Shown here one piece after another: positions 1-15,970 of a stretch of 64,000 bases of DNA. The stretch's first letter is position 1, and every line of letters starts with the position of its first letter. The notes beneath the pieces are model-generated. The model saw only the letters and a program-made list of their open reading frames with translations, was not told where the DNA came from and did not search any database. The stretch comes from the human T2T-CHM13v2.0 reference genome, Homo sapiens, in assembly GCF_009914755.1 (NCBI RefSeq), contig NC_060936.1; one strand, given 5' to 3'. A program made the translations under genes and the position numbers.

Positions 1-66
1 ACTTGATTCACATGATGAAATTTTAGAATTTGAGCTGATGCTATAATGAATGAAACTCTTGGGAAC

Positions 67-425
67 TGATATGGTTTGTCTCTGTGTCCCCACCCAAATC
101 TCATCTTGAATTGTACTCCCACAATTCCCATGGGTTGTGGGAGGGGCCCTGGTGGGAGATAATTTGAATTATGGGGGAGGTTCCCCCATACTGTTCTCAT
201 GGTAGCAAATAAGTCTCACGATATCTGATGGTTTTATCAGGGGTTTTATCAGGGGTTTCCACTTCTGCATCTTCTTCATTTTCTCTTGCCGCCGCCATGT
301 AAGAAGTACCTTTCACCTCTCAGCATGATTCTGAGGCCTCCCCAGCCATGTAAGTCCAATTAAACCTCTTTTTCTTCCCAGTCTCAGGTATGTCTTTATC
401 AGCAGTGTGAAAACGGACTAATACA
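67..425 (+). mobile_element. THE1A-type solo LTR (ERVL-MaLR)
   Basis: Starts TGATATGGTTTG and ends GGACTAATACA, with typical THE1 internal sequence. Perfect 5-bp TSD GGAAC at 62-66 and 426-430. Inserted into older MaLR internal sequence. Confidence 0.9.
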
Positions 426-480
426 GGAACCTTGGAAGGGGAGAAACCATATATTTCATATGGGAGGGCCTGAGGAAAGA

Positions 481-1042
481 CTGGCAGACAGAACCTAGGC
501 TGATTCTCCAATGACCCCCACTTTCTGATATCAATGCCCCTGTTAATTACATCCCATGAATATGGGAGGAATCTGTGAAGCATCTAACTTATAGAATATG
601 GCAAAGGTGACAGAATGGCATTCCTATGATAACATTATGTTATGTAAGACTTCATATTGCTAGTAGACTCTTCTGCTGGCCATGAAGAAGCAAACTGCTA
701 TGTTGCTGCCTATGGAGTAGACCACATGGCAGGCAACTTGAATGGACTCTAGGAGCTAATGGCATCCTCCAGCTGACAGCCAACCAGCACACTGAAGCTT
801 TCAGTCCTATATCCTCAATGAAATAAATTCGTTCGGCAAACCATATGAGCTTGGGAGCAGATGAGCTTCCCAATGAGAACACAGCCCACCTGATGCATTG
901 ACTCTAGCCTGGAGAGACCTGGAAGCAGAAAATCCAAATAAGCTGTGTCTGTACTCTTGACCACAGAAACTGGGATATAATACATGTTATTGTTTTAGGC
1001 TGCTAGATTTGGTAACTTGTTATCCAGCAATAGATTACAAGT
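481..1042 (+). mobile_element. MLT1E/F-type LTR, preceded by MaLR-internal 3' end (1-61, 431-480)
   Basis: MLT1-like motifs: GACCACATGGCAGGCAACT, CAGCTGACAGCCA, CTTGACCACAGAAACTG, TTTTAGGCTGCTAGATTTGGTAACTTGTTATCCAGCAATAGA. Confidence 0.7.
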
Positions 1043-1059
1043 GCAGTCAAAGATTGTCC

Positions 1060-3135
<2,076 letters not shown>

Positions 3136-3139
3136 ATGC

Positions 3140-3956
3140 GCTATTTTGCAACATCATGCATTTAGTCATTTGGAAAATAGTGCTTCATTGAGTTATGCAT
3201 ATCTTCCAAGTGCTGACAGATTTCATGTTGAAATACCCCAAAAAAATCACATGTGTTATTGTCACCACTGATCTCATCAGAAAATTTTTGAAGAATCAAG
3301 AAGCTGCCAAATTCATAGAGGTAGATATGAGTTTTAAAAAATTCTAAATTTTGTTTGAAAGCTCAAATGTTATCATTGGCAACAAACGCTGTGAGTTGTT
3401 TTCCTTGAAGTGACGGGATCACTTATTTTTGAGAAAAGTTCTGACACATACCTAAGTCTGAATAACTATAGTTTATCTGTCTGTCATTCTTTCAAGTAAA
3501 GATAATTTTCCATGTAAAATAGTGGCTTAACTCACGACTCAAGCACAAAAATCATTTTCTTTGAGATAACCTTAGAACTTTGGTGTGCAACAGGAATACA
3601 TTATGCATTTTGTCTCACAGAATTTTAAAACATACATAATCAAGGGTTGAGATTTAATAAAATTAATCATGCTATTTTATCAAGAATAATATTAAATGAA
3701 ACTGTCTTGCTTTTCTGGGATATAGCAGTAAATAATTCAATGTCTACTAGTACACTTTTGGTACCACTGCCTTAATTTCTGTTAAAGCACCAACAATTTT
3801 ACCCACCATTGCCTTTGTTTCATAGTGCAAATGTCAACTCACTGAGAAAGCCAAGTAATGTCTTGGTATTATTGTAAAAATAGTTTTGATCTTGTATATA
3901 CTTGAAAGGATCTGGGAAATTCCCTGGGGTCTGCAGACCACATTTTATGAACCATG
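3140..3956. mobile_element. hAT-Charlie DNA transposon remnant (Charlie1-like)
   Basis: TTTGCAACATCATGCA...TGAGTTATGCATATCTTCCAA...GTTGTTTTCCTTGAAGTGAC, with terminal GGGGTCTGCAGACCACATTTTATGAACCA resembling the Charlie1 end. Confidence 0.7.
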
Positions 3957-4529
3957 GTCAAGAGAAAAATCTGAGTCCTATGTGGTAGCAATCCACTTTT
4001 CACACAATTTGCCCCTCTGAGAAGAGTCTGTGCTGTTTTCACCAATCCTGGCTTTGACGCCTCTCTCATTGGCCTTTTCTGCTTGCTGATATCATGACCA
4101 TCATATTCCATTCTCGGTTCTAGTTCCGTTTCCCATGTCTAACCATTTATTCTTGTCATCAAAGTAAAGATTCTTTGCCTCTTTTTGTATCTACTTGATC
4201 AAATCTCACACAAATCTTTTAATGATTCTATTTTAATTCTTGATCTTTTGTTACCAAACAGGCCCTTCAGGATAGAACTTAATTTCATTCATTATTCTTT
4301 TATTCGTACATTATTTATTTATTTTAAAAAAAACATTTTCTGCAGACCTACTATGTCATTTCCCAGAGAGATAGCATTTGCTTTTGGCCTTAAAGGGTGA
4401 CATTATTTGGACAGGTTAAATGAGTTTAAGTTTTTCAAAATATAATAAATAATACCAGATTTATGGAGGTAAAAACAACAACAATAGTAGGGAGATTGCT
4501 TAGGGAAGCTCAAGGAGAATGCACACGGT

Positions 4530-4990
4530 GAGTAATTAAAGACAAAGCCAGAAAGGCATTGCAGCGTCATCTCATAAAGTATGTTGAATGCTTGAAGTTT
4601 ATTTTGGTAAGCAATAGGGAGCTACTGGAGATATTTGAGCAGAAGCAGAAGTAATGGTGTGAAACAGGCTCAATATCAGAGTCTGCTTAAGATTTATATG
4701 GAGGAAGAATTTGGTGGGAAAAAATAAACTTGAAGCAAGAAAACCAGGTTGGAGGCCTGAACTAGGTGGGTAGGCACAGAAATGGAGATGGATGGAGTTA
4801 GATTTTGAGTGCAAGTAAGATCAGTAGGCAGTGGTGAAGAAGTTTTTGTCAAAAATAATTACAGTTTCAAGCATGAATTACTAGGAGAATGGTGAACTAT
4901 TAATAGAAATCAGATAATCAGAAAAAGGAACAGTTGGTGTGAGGCAAGATGATGAGTTCAGTTCTCTACCTGTTAGGCATATAAGTGGCT
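4530..4990 (-). mobile_element. L2 LINE fragment
   Basis: Purine-rich L2-type sequence: GCAATAGGGAGCTACTGGAGATATTTGAGCAG and GATGATGAGTTCAGTT. Confidence 0.6.
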
Positions 4991-6733
4991 ATACTCAGCG
5001 GGGGCCTATTTGTAAATTTTATACCATTTACAAGAACTGGAACCTAACAGATATTAGAAGATTGTGGTTTAGTTACACTGGCTTGATATGTCTCTTTGCA
5101 ATATAAATATATTAAAGTGCAGTTGTTATTTTAATTTCCTGTGGAGTTTTTCTCTGGACAAATGTAGCAGGGATATATAGCTCTTCTGTGGTTCATACAT
5201 CACAAAGATTGCTCTTATAAAATGATATATACTTATTGAGTGAGTGTGTATGTCAGTTATTATGCTAAATTTTACGTATTTTACATCAACTAATCCTTAC
5301 ATCAGCTTTGGTATTAGTATGTGGATTTTTATAAGAGAAATCAAGATGCAAAGAGGTTAAGTAGCTTTCCCAGGGTCAAACCGGAAGCAATGTAATGACA
5401 TTTGAACCCAGGTTCTGAATGGCCCTTCTCTTTTGACTCTATACTGATAAAGTACCTATTTGCCTCCTTCCCTTTTCCTTTTCATAGAATGAAAGGACAT
5501 GGTGCCTGTTAGCACAGACTACTGGTCTTTACTCTATGATTGTATCCAGGGATTCATTTAGTGCCTGCTTAGGAGATCTGTCTTAGGAAGGGCTTGTGAT
5601 CACTGGCTCTTCTTGGGGCAACGACTTTCCTGAGAGAGATATTAAGTAATAAAATTATTTAACTAAAAAGTCACCCCTTAAAAAGAGCAAATAAAACAGT
5701 TTTGAATTATAACTATACTAAAGTCATTAAAAAATAACAAAAAGCTACATAAGGTCCTTTGAAACCACTTTAAATTTAGACAAACAGCAGAGAATGCCCT
5801 TAATAGCAAGTCTGAAGATCAAAGTGTGGAACTCTTCCTAAAGGAAACACAGAGGATGAAGAGTCTGGAGATTAATGTTGCAGTTGGCTGATGCTCCAAC
5901 ACAGTGCAGTGAGCAGGGATTCACCAAGAGGAAAGATACATCTGTGCTACAGGCTTTACATTGCACTGCCTGGCACTTGGTGAATTCTTAATATATATAA
6001 GTTCCTGTCTTTCTCCCCTTTTGTATTTTACAAAATGTTTTTCCACATCTCATTGTATTTACTCTATATAGTAAAAAGAAAACCCTGATGAATAAACTGT
6101 TATCATTCCCATTACAGAGGTACATAAACCTTTACTTGTTGAAGCTGAGAATGGCTGGATAATTCTGCAGCGCAATCTCTCCAACCTGAGTGTTCTGGTT
6201 TTGCACTCTCCCTGTAGGACTTTGTCATCTGTTCCCTGACCATTGGGCTGTTAACAAAGAGTGAAGGTTTTTCCAGTAGGAGGGGTCTTTCTGGTTGGAG
6301 TCCGAACTGAACATAGATCCCACATAAGTAAAGGCCCATGACACTTTTTGTGTAACACAATTAAACTTCCTTCATGCAGTAGCTGAGGGCATTACTGTTA
6401 ATCCCTTGATGCCTAGGGTTGTGTGGGTGACATCTTTTATAGCAAAGAAATACTAGTTGTTTTACTTCACAGAATTATCAGATAAAGCCTCATGGAAAGT
6501 CTCAGACATGAGATAGAGCTTTAAGGACTGGTAGGATTTATATAAACCAGAGAAGCTCTGAAGGTTTGTCAGACATGAAGAAAAGCAAAAGTGTGATGTG
6601 ATCATGTTCCACAAAGGAGACCTATCTGCCAACAGCATGAAGGGAAATGAAGAGGAGATAAGATTAACTAGATCTTCAAAGTTCAAATGATGGAAGATGT
6701 TGACCATGAAAATTTTAAATTTTGGCTATAATC

Positions 6734-7254
6734 CAGCAATCTCTAACGTTTTTGGCACCAGGGACTAGTTTTGTGGAAGACAATTTTTCCATGGACTGGG
6801 GTTGAGGGGATGGTTTTTGGATGATTCAAGCACATTACATTTATTGTGCACTTTATTTCTATTATTATTACATTGTAATATTTAATGAAATAATTATGCA
6901 ACTCACCATCATGCAGAATCAGTGGGAGCCCTGAGCTTGCTTTCCTGCAACTAGATGGTCTGATCTGGGGGCGATGGGAGACAATGACAGATCATCAGGC
7001 ACTGGATTCTTATAAGGAATGTACATCCTAGATTCCTCACATGCACAGTTCACAATAGGGTTCCTGCTCCTGCGAGAATCTAATGCCACCACTGATCTGA
7101 CAGGAGGTGGAACTCAGGTGATAATGCGAGTGGTTGGGGGCAGCTATCGATACAGATGAAGCTTCTCTCACTCACCCACTGCTCACTTCCTGCTATGCAG
7201 CCCAGTTCCCAACAGGCCATAGAACTGTACCAGCCTGGGGGTTGGGGACCTCTG
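6734..7254 (+). mobile_element. MER1A (hAT-Charlie MITE)
   Basis: About 520 bp. Starts CAGCAATCTCTAACGTTTTTGGCACCAGGGAC and ends GGTTGGGGACCTCTG (TIRs). Degenerate 8-bp TSD CTATAATC (6726-6733) / CTGTAACC (7255-7262). Confidence 0.85.
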
Positions 7255-7263
7255 CTGTAACCT

Positions 7264-7576
<313 letters not shown>

Positions 7577-7605
7577 TGCTGTAACCTATTTAAGAAACAT
7601 TTGGT

Positions 7606-8493
7606 CCCCTCCCACCAGCCAAGATGCCGAAAGGAAAGAAGACCAAGGGGAAGAAGGTGGCCCCAACCCCTGCTGTCGTGAAGAAGCAGGATGCCAAGAA
7701 AGTGGTGAATTCCCTGTTTGAGAAACGGCCTAAGAATTTTGGCACTGGAGAGGACATCCAGCCCCAAAAGGTGCCTCACCTGCTTTGTCAAATGCCCCCA
7801 CTATATCAGGTTGCAGCAGCAAAGAGCTATCCTCTATAAGCAGTTGAAAGTGCCTCCTACAATTAACCAGTTCACCCAGGCCTTGGATCGCCACATAGCT
7901 ACTCGGCTGCTTAAGCGGGCCCACAAGTACAGACCAGAAACAAAGCAAGAGAAGCAGAGACTGTTGGCCCAGGCTGAGAAGAAAGCTGCCAGCAAAGGGG
8001 ATGTCCCCCACTAAGAGATCACCTGTCCTTCGAGCAGGAGTTAACGCCATCACCACCTTGGTGGAGTGCAAGATGGCTCAGCTGGTGGTGATGGCACACC
8101 ACGTGGATCCCATTGAGCTGGTTGTCTTCCTGCCTGTCCTGTGTCATAAAATGGGGTTCCCCCACTGCATTATCAAGGGGAAGGCAAGACTGGGATGTTT
8201 AGTCCACAGGAAGACCTCCACCACTGTCGCCTTCACAGAGGTTAACTCAGAAGACAAAGGAGCTTTGGCTAAGCTGGTGGAAGCTATCAGGACCAATTCC
8301 AGCGACAGATATGATGAGATCCATTGTCACTGGGGAGGCAATGTCCTGGGTCCCAAATCTGTGGCTCACTTTGCCAAGCTGGAAAAGGCAAAGGTGAATG
8401 AACTTGCCATTAAACTGGGTTAAGTATGCACTGTTGAGCTTTCTGTACATAAAAATAATAAAAATAATACAAATTCTCCTTCAAAAAAAAACA
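7606..8493 (+). pseudogene. RPL7A: Processed pseudogene of 60S ribosomal protein L7a (eL8)
   Basis: ATG at 7624 gives [22 protein letters not shown]. Three overlapping frames cover the RPL7A protein through ...[16 protein letters not shown], stop TAA at 8421-8423. Intronless, with +1 frameshifts near 7762 and 8006 and one lost Lys codon. Pyrimidine-rich 5' leader, 3' UTR and A-tail present. 14-bp TSD AAGAAACATTTGGT at 7592-7605 and 8494-8507 at a TT|AAGA L1-endonuclease-type site. The specific pseudogene number cannot be assigned. Confidence 0.97.
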
Positions 8494-8804
8494 AAGAAAC
8501 ATTTGGTTCTTAAGAGGGGGGAGAAATTATTTACAAGTAAAGCCACATTACCTTTCCCAAGACATGTTCTTGCATCTTTACTTCAGGCTCCTTTAATCTG
8601 CAAAAGGAGAGGTGAGGGAAGCACAATGACTGAGTAACACTAAACCACAGGCCTCAAATTTTCTAAAAGAGCGTAGCAAGCAGAGCCCCTAAAACAGTAC
8701 AGGTGAATTTTTCTTCCCTCCAACAGTGTCTGACAAGAATCCTAGAAACAGGAAAATTTTCTTACTATATTGAATTCAAACCCTAACAAAATGAGAAGAC
8801 TATA

Positions 8805-9200
8805 TGCATTAGTCTGCTTAGGCTGCCATAAAAAAAAAAAATACCATAGACTGTGCGGCTTAAATAACAGAAGTTTATTTTCTCACAGTCTGGAGGCTGG
8901 AAGTCTGAGATTAGTGTGCCTGCATGATCAGTTTCCAGTGGGAGTTCTCCCCTTGGGTTGAAGAAGGCTGCCTTCTTCCTTGTATATTCGCTCACATGAC
9001 CTGTTCTTTGTTCAAATATGGAGAGAGAGGGAGTAAGCTCTCTGGTATCTCTTGTTATAAAGGCACTAATTCATCATGAGGGTCTACCATGTAATCCTAA
9101 TGTCCTCCTTAAGGCCCCATTTCCAAATAACATCACATTCGGTGTTAGGACTTCAACAAATGAATTTTGGGGGAAACACAGATGTTCAGTCTATAACACC
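8805..9200 (-). mobile_element. MLT1A-type LTR
   Basis: TTAGTCTGCTTAGGCTGCCATAA...ATACCATAGACTG...GGCTTAAATAACAGAA...TTCAGTCTATAACA. Confidence 0.8.
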
Positions 9201-9249
9201 ATATAGCATGAAGTGATTGAATAGTGCCTCCTAATCTCTGTCATAATCA

Positions 9250-9568
<319 letters not shown>

Positions 9569-9984
9569 ATTAACAAATATCTTTTGAGATTTTATGCTAG
9601 GTGTAGGAGATACAAGAATGGCTATCTCAAGGAAGTGAAAGTTCTATCTGCCTGACTGTGAAGGCATTCCATTAGTAAAACTTTTCCATTTTTCACCCTT
9701 AATGTCTAATAATGCTGTCTCCTTTGCCTTCTAATATAATCTCACCTGAATCCCCTTTCTGTTAGCATCCCCGTTTACCTCTCATTCCACTTGCACCAAT
9801 TATAGAATACCATCATCTCTTACCATTGAAGGCTATCAAAGGAACCTGTGGGTTTTTCCACTGAAAGGAATTTCTCTGCCATATTGTATCTCAGCTGACA
9901 TGAAACAGGCCCATTCATTTCTGCTTCAGAAAGCAGACAGCTGCATTTTCTTTGACCTGAGCCTTTATGAAATCACTTGTGAAA

Positions 9985-10170
9985 ACTAATCCACTCCCTT
10001 AATAACCCATTAATCCATTAATCTATTAATTTGTGAATGAATTAATTCATTAATGAGGTCAGAGCCCTCATGACCCAATCACCTCCCAAAGGTCCCACCT
10101 CCTAATACTGTTGCACTGGGGACCAAGTTTCCAACACATGAACTTTGGGGAAACACATTCAAACCATAGA
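9985..10170 (-). mobile_element. MST-type (MSTC-like) LTR fragment
   Basis: AGAGCCCTCATGACCCAATCACCTCCCAAAGGTCCCACCTCC...CACATTCAAACCATAG. Confidence 0.7.
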
Positions 10171-10310
10171 ATACCCATAAGGCTTAAAAATCCTGTTTTA
10201 GAATATGGCATGGTAGAGAACTGAACATAAAGACCCTGATCCAATAGCTTTTGGTCTAAGACTTGTCTTTAAGTGTTAATAAGAGATTTGTGTTTAAAAA
10301 AACGAATTCA

Positions 10311-10950
<640 letters not shown>

Positions 10951-11549
10951 AAAAAATGAATTCCCTCACATTTATAGCTTAGGTCCCTTGAAAACAATGT
11001 AACTAGTTGTAAGGTTGAGCTGATCACACTGTCCTTAAAAAACATCAGAGGGACTATTTCTGAGTAACCAGACAAATGTGATAAGAACTTAAACTTCTTG
11101 AGTCTGCCCCTCTACAAATAGACCAGGTAGGTCTTAAAGCACATATTCCTTCATTGATGTTTATATAGAGCTTTTAGATTCCTGGTGCCAACTTTAGAGC
11201 TATATAGTCATTTATAATACCTATAAGCTGAGAGTTATCTTTACCAGAAATCTAAATGCCAGGATTGGTAATGGTTCCACTATAACCCAAATAATTTGAG
11301 ATATCTTACTTTTATGTAATGGTTTTAATAATAAATAACATATACATTCAACCTGGACTCCTCCAACTAAAAAGGAAGATGTAAAACTCAAATAGCATTT
11401 CCTAAAAGGTTCAATTTTCCCCAAGTTTGGAAATGAGTACTTAAACAAAATAAATTGGGCTTTTTAGTAAGTATTCCATGAAAACTTTTCTTTTTTAATT
11501 GGAGGAATCAAGAGAGAAAAGAGATATAGGTATATATTCTGGTGAACAA

Positions 11550-11713
11550 AAAAGCACTTATTTGAAGTGTTTGTTGATTTCTGTAGTGTAAACACTCCCA
11601 CCATAGCCGATTTCGAGCTACCGACCTGACATCATTGAATGTAGAGTTGGAAAGAGATGCATACATTTGGCTCTCATGGGCCTGTGAAAGCTGGTTCCAG
11701 CACTCACTCACTG
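11550..11713 (-). mobile_element. MER63-type hAT DNA transposon fragment
   Basis: CACTCCCACCATAGCCGATTTCGAGCTACC...GGGCCTGTGAAAGCTGGTTCCAGCAC...CACTG. Confidence 0.65.
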
Positions 11714-11874
11714 TTACCGGGGAAAAAAAGAAATATGAACTTATTAGCTGTTAAAGATCCATAAGACTACATCTTTCCTGGATGTAGTTTTTGGATAATC
11801 CAGTATTTGGAATTAAATTTATTTTTTAAAATTATGTTTACATACTTAATAAAACTAAAGATTCCTTTGATAAA

Positions 11875-12180
11875 GTTTATTTTATTTTATTTTATTATTT
11901 TAAGAGACAAGATCTTGCTCTGTTGTCAAGGTTGGAGTGCAGTGATGCAATCATAGTTCACTGCAACCCCAAACTTCTGGACTAAAGCAATCCTCCTACC
12001 TCAGCCTCCCAAGTAGCTAGGACTACAGGTGCATTTTGTTATTTTTGTTAGATAATTTTTTTGTTCAACTAAATAACAAAATTAATCTAATTCTGTTATT
12101 TTTTGTAGAGACAGGGTTTCATTATGTTGCCCAGGCTGGTCTTGAATTCCTGGCCTCAAGCTATCCTCCTGCATCACCCT
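11875..12180 (-). mobile_element. AluJ with rearranged central linker
   Basis: Both Alu arms are recognisable. The linker region 12033-12100 is replaced by AT-rich quasi-palindromic sequence. Confidence 0.88.
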
Positions 12181-12539
12181 GATACATCTTTTAAATGTTG
12201 CACAACTTTGATGTGATTTAGGTGTAAACATGGCAACAAGTTTTCCCCAGTAAGAAATATAGATAAGGATATAAATGTTTGTTAGTAAGACAATGATACA
12301 AAAAAGACTGTGTTTCTCATCTTGGCAGTTTCTGTGCCTTCATTGTTTTCATGCCATCGAATGAGATAGACTTATAGTATTCTCCATGACCGTCAGCAAG
12401 ATGGCAGACATTTCACAGTAACCTTACAAATAAGCAATATCCTCTTCATTTCTGCAAAGCTGAACAATAATATTTGAAGATGCTAAAATAAATAAAAAGT
12501 ATATTTGATTAAACAACAAAAAATGCAGGAGCACATTTG

Positions 12540-13250
12540 CAATTTGGATTGAACTTTTTTTTTTCACCTCCAGCCCATATCTCTCTTTGGGGTTCCAACT
12601 AGTCTTTCCTGATAGTTTCATTCATGGAGACATCTGAATTTGAACATGGCTAAAACTAAACCTTTAATCTTTTCCTCCCCTTCAATTGCACTTCTCTTTC
12701 TGCCTTTCCTTCCAGCTGCTCACCCCAAAACTTGGGAATCATTCTTGATAATTTCATTTTTCTTACTTTCCATATCTAATCAATCATCAGTCCTCCTAAT
12801 TCTTATCTATCATTTCTCCTGGGGTGACTGCCATAGCCTCCTAACTTGTCTCCCTTCTATGTTCCACACAACAGATACCGCATTGTTTTAAAAATGTAAC
12901 TTAAAACATCTTATTTTGTGTAAATCCTTCAATGGCTTCCCTTCTATTTAGGATAAAATCTAGCATCTTTATTTGATTTTTCCATTTTGGGTTTCTTTTT
13001 TCTCTTTTAGCAGAATTGTGGCAAGAACTTCACAAACCTTAATCTTTAAAATAGCCCTGCATAATCTGACCTCTTGCTATCTGGGCAACCTCATCACCAG
13101 CCACTCTTGCCTTTGTTTGCTCACCCTAGCCTCACGGAATTATATCAATTCCTCAAAAATAGTCAATGTCTAGCATAAGGCCTTGCTTAAATTCAAGCCC
13201 CTCCCACTACTGACTGCCCTCAAAATCAATTGTAAAATGAAATCACATAT
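12540..13250 (+). mobile_element. L2 LINE fragment
   Basis: CACCTCCAGCCCATATCTCTCT, TGAACATGGCTAAAACTAAAC, CCTTCAATGGCTTCCC, GCCCTGCATAATCTGACC. Confidence 0.65.
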
Positions 13251-13553
13251 GAAATACTAACATTAGAAAACTTCTAACATCTTAAAGAAACCTTTTTTAA
13301 AGTATTAATTGACTTTTTTCTTGAAAGTAATTGGCTTACTTACTGTAGCAAGGCTTGAGGGTGAAATAGCAAATGTGAACAGATAGAAGGCAAAACAATA
13401 AACTACAGTATCCCACTGGATACAGCTAAATGGCTTTGTACTATAGTGCAGATGTGTTCAACAGAATATAAGTCTTTTTTTAGTGTCCTCAGGGCAATAA
13501 TATATGTATGCCATCTACCACAAGAAAATTATCACCTACTTCAGAAATGTTAA

Positions 13554-13865
<312 letters not shown>

Positions 13866-14007
13866 TTATTTGGAAGGATATAAAAGTTGTTTGGGAGAAA
13901 TATTTGAAGGGAACTTTGAGATGATGGTTAGGTCTTAAGACAATTAAGTGCTTGTAACTAGAAAATGTTGAGATAAACCTGCCTCACCCTCTCAGGAGAA
14001 TCCTTCA

Positions 14008-14280
14008 GTGTTCTGGTATCTATAGCTATATAACAAACCACCTAAACTTAGTAGCAGAGAACAACCGTCTATTTGTTATTATTTTCTCTCGTGGATCTAG
14101 GGGCCGACTGTCCTTGTGTGGTTGCAGTCAGATTATGGCTGGGGCGGGAGTCACCTTACAGGTATTTTCATCCGCATATGTGTGGGTGGATGCATGCTGT
14201 TGGCTGTGACCTCAGCTAAGGCTTTTGGCTGGAACAGGTACACATGGCCTTTGTATGTGGCTTGGGATTCCTCACAATAA
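14008..14280 (-). mobile_element. MLT1 (H/I/J-like) LTR fragment
   Basis: TATCTATAGCTATATAACAAACCACCTAAACTTAGTAGC...ACATGGCCTTTGTATGTGGCTTGGGATTCCTCACA. Confidence 0.6.
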
Positions 14281-14289
14281 CTGATCTAT

Positions 14290-14541
14290 GTGGGAGAATA
14301 AAGGTCTAGCCATCATGACCCATGTTGAGACATTTCTGAAGGGCCATTCCAGCTCTAGAGCTCTCTGTGGAGTCAGCCAAATCTGTCCTTGGGACTGGAT
14401 CACAGCTTGACTTCTCCCGCTGCACAATCCTGCTTCCTTCCCTTCCCTTCCCTAGGTGCTGATACCAAGGGACTCCTCAATGAGCGTCATGCATGCTAAG
14501 TTAGTCTTAGAGTCTGCTCTTGGGGAATCTAGCCCACAACA
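14290..14541 (+). mobile_element. ERVL-class LTR 3' portion (LTR40/LTR33-like)
   Basis: GGGCCATTCCAGCTCTAGAGCTC...CTTAGAGTCTGCTCTTGGGGAATCTAGCCCACAACA. Confidence 0.55.
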
Positions 14542-15169
14542 AAATGGGAACTGTAAATTCAGTAGGAAAAGCTAGCTATGGAGACCAAAATAAGCTGGAA
14601 TCACATGAGGCCAGTCAGTGTTGGTGCCAGAATTCCTACTTGGGGCATTGGGAGCAGCATTCTCCTGTGTATATGTTTGAGGATGGGAGGTGGGGGTGGA
14701 ATTCACCTTGGGGATTTATTTTGAAGTGGCTTATGTACAAGTATACTATACCTTAGATTATATATTTATTTGTGGACCTGTCTGGGCAGCTTACAGAGAT
14801 ATGGAGATGAGAATAAAAGTTGCATTCTCCCCCACCATGCCCCAGCCATTCTGAGGATAGCCATCTATGGTTGGTGGAAATAGCTGTGGCATTCTCCAGA
14901 AAGTCTGAATAACTGAGGCACTTGGCAGAGTAATTGTTTTTTGTGGCCAAAGAGAAGCAAGAGAATAATCATGGAACAGAGCCAGAGCCTGCAGTGGAGG
15001 GCTGATGGAGGGTATAGGAACCATTGCCCTCCTTGCCCAAACTAAGATGTCCCATAGAAAGATTCACCTGAAGACTTTAAAAAGCTTGTTAGAGCCTGTC
15101 TGGAATCAACCAAAACTCAGTTTCAAAGGCCCTTATCTCTCAAATATTAGCATGGTGGACTCTCCTTTG

Positions 15170-15460
15170 GTTTATCGTTTTACCCATGTATCACCTTTCC
15201 AAAGAGGCTTCCTTGATTGCTCACGATGGTTAACCTAGCACCCTTTTCACTCTCTCTTTTTATACTATTTTTTATTTTCCTTTATATTGATTATCACCAC
15301 ATGACACAATTTCATGTATTTGTTTGTTTATTTGCCATCTCTCCTCCTAGAATGTAATCTCCAGAAATGCTGAGAGTTTGTCTATTTCACTGATCACTGT
15401 ATGCCAAGCACCAGGCAATAGCATGAGATTAATACATATTTGTTGATTGAATGAATGAAT
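15170..15460 (+). mobile_element. L2 3' end
   Basis: CTAGAATGTAATCTCCAG...ATATTTGTTGATTGAATGAATGAAT. Confidence 0.7.
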
Positions 15461-15970
15461 GGCCATTTTCTTGGGCAATCAAAATTTCTCCCATTCTTTG
15501 TATTCTGCTAGAAATTCCAAACTCTCCAGGTATGGAAAAGCTAGGCAACAGCAACTTTTTACTGAATGTTTCCTAAATGACTTTTATTTCATATTTTTGA
15601 AATTAAGAAAATAGATTACTATAATAAGTAGAAGAAAATAGATCACTCAGGTAAAAATTAAATATACATGCTCAAACCTTGGTAAATTGAAAAATGCCTC
15701 TTCTCTCTTGATTCCCCTCCTTTCATTCCCCCAATAAAGCAAGAAAAGATCATTGCTTCTTAGTGTTTATTAGCTTGAAACACTTTTAACTTTTTTAGTG
15801 AAGAGTTCACGTGGGTCAGAATGACACATAAGCATGTGAGCCTTTCTTCCAAATCAATCAGTTGAAATGGGAACATGAATTTATTTGAGTGAGGCTATAA
15901 ATACTGCCTTGAAAACGCCAACCATCACAAATAAGTACTGATAATAAACCTGAAATATACTGATACAGAG

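Noticed and set aside
150-180. DUX4 site typical of THE1/MST LTRs (also 23129-23139)
   Set aside because: The THE1A copy reads TAATTTGAATTA, altered from TAAYYYAATCA, and the MST copy is non-canonical, so there is no support for binding.
7730-8071. Antisense ORFs over the RPL7A pseudogene
   Set aside because: Shadow frames of a former coding sequence.
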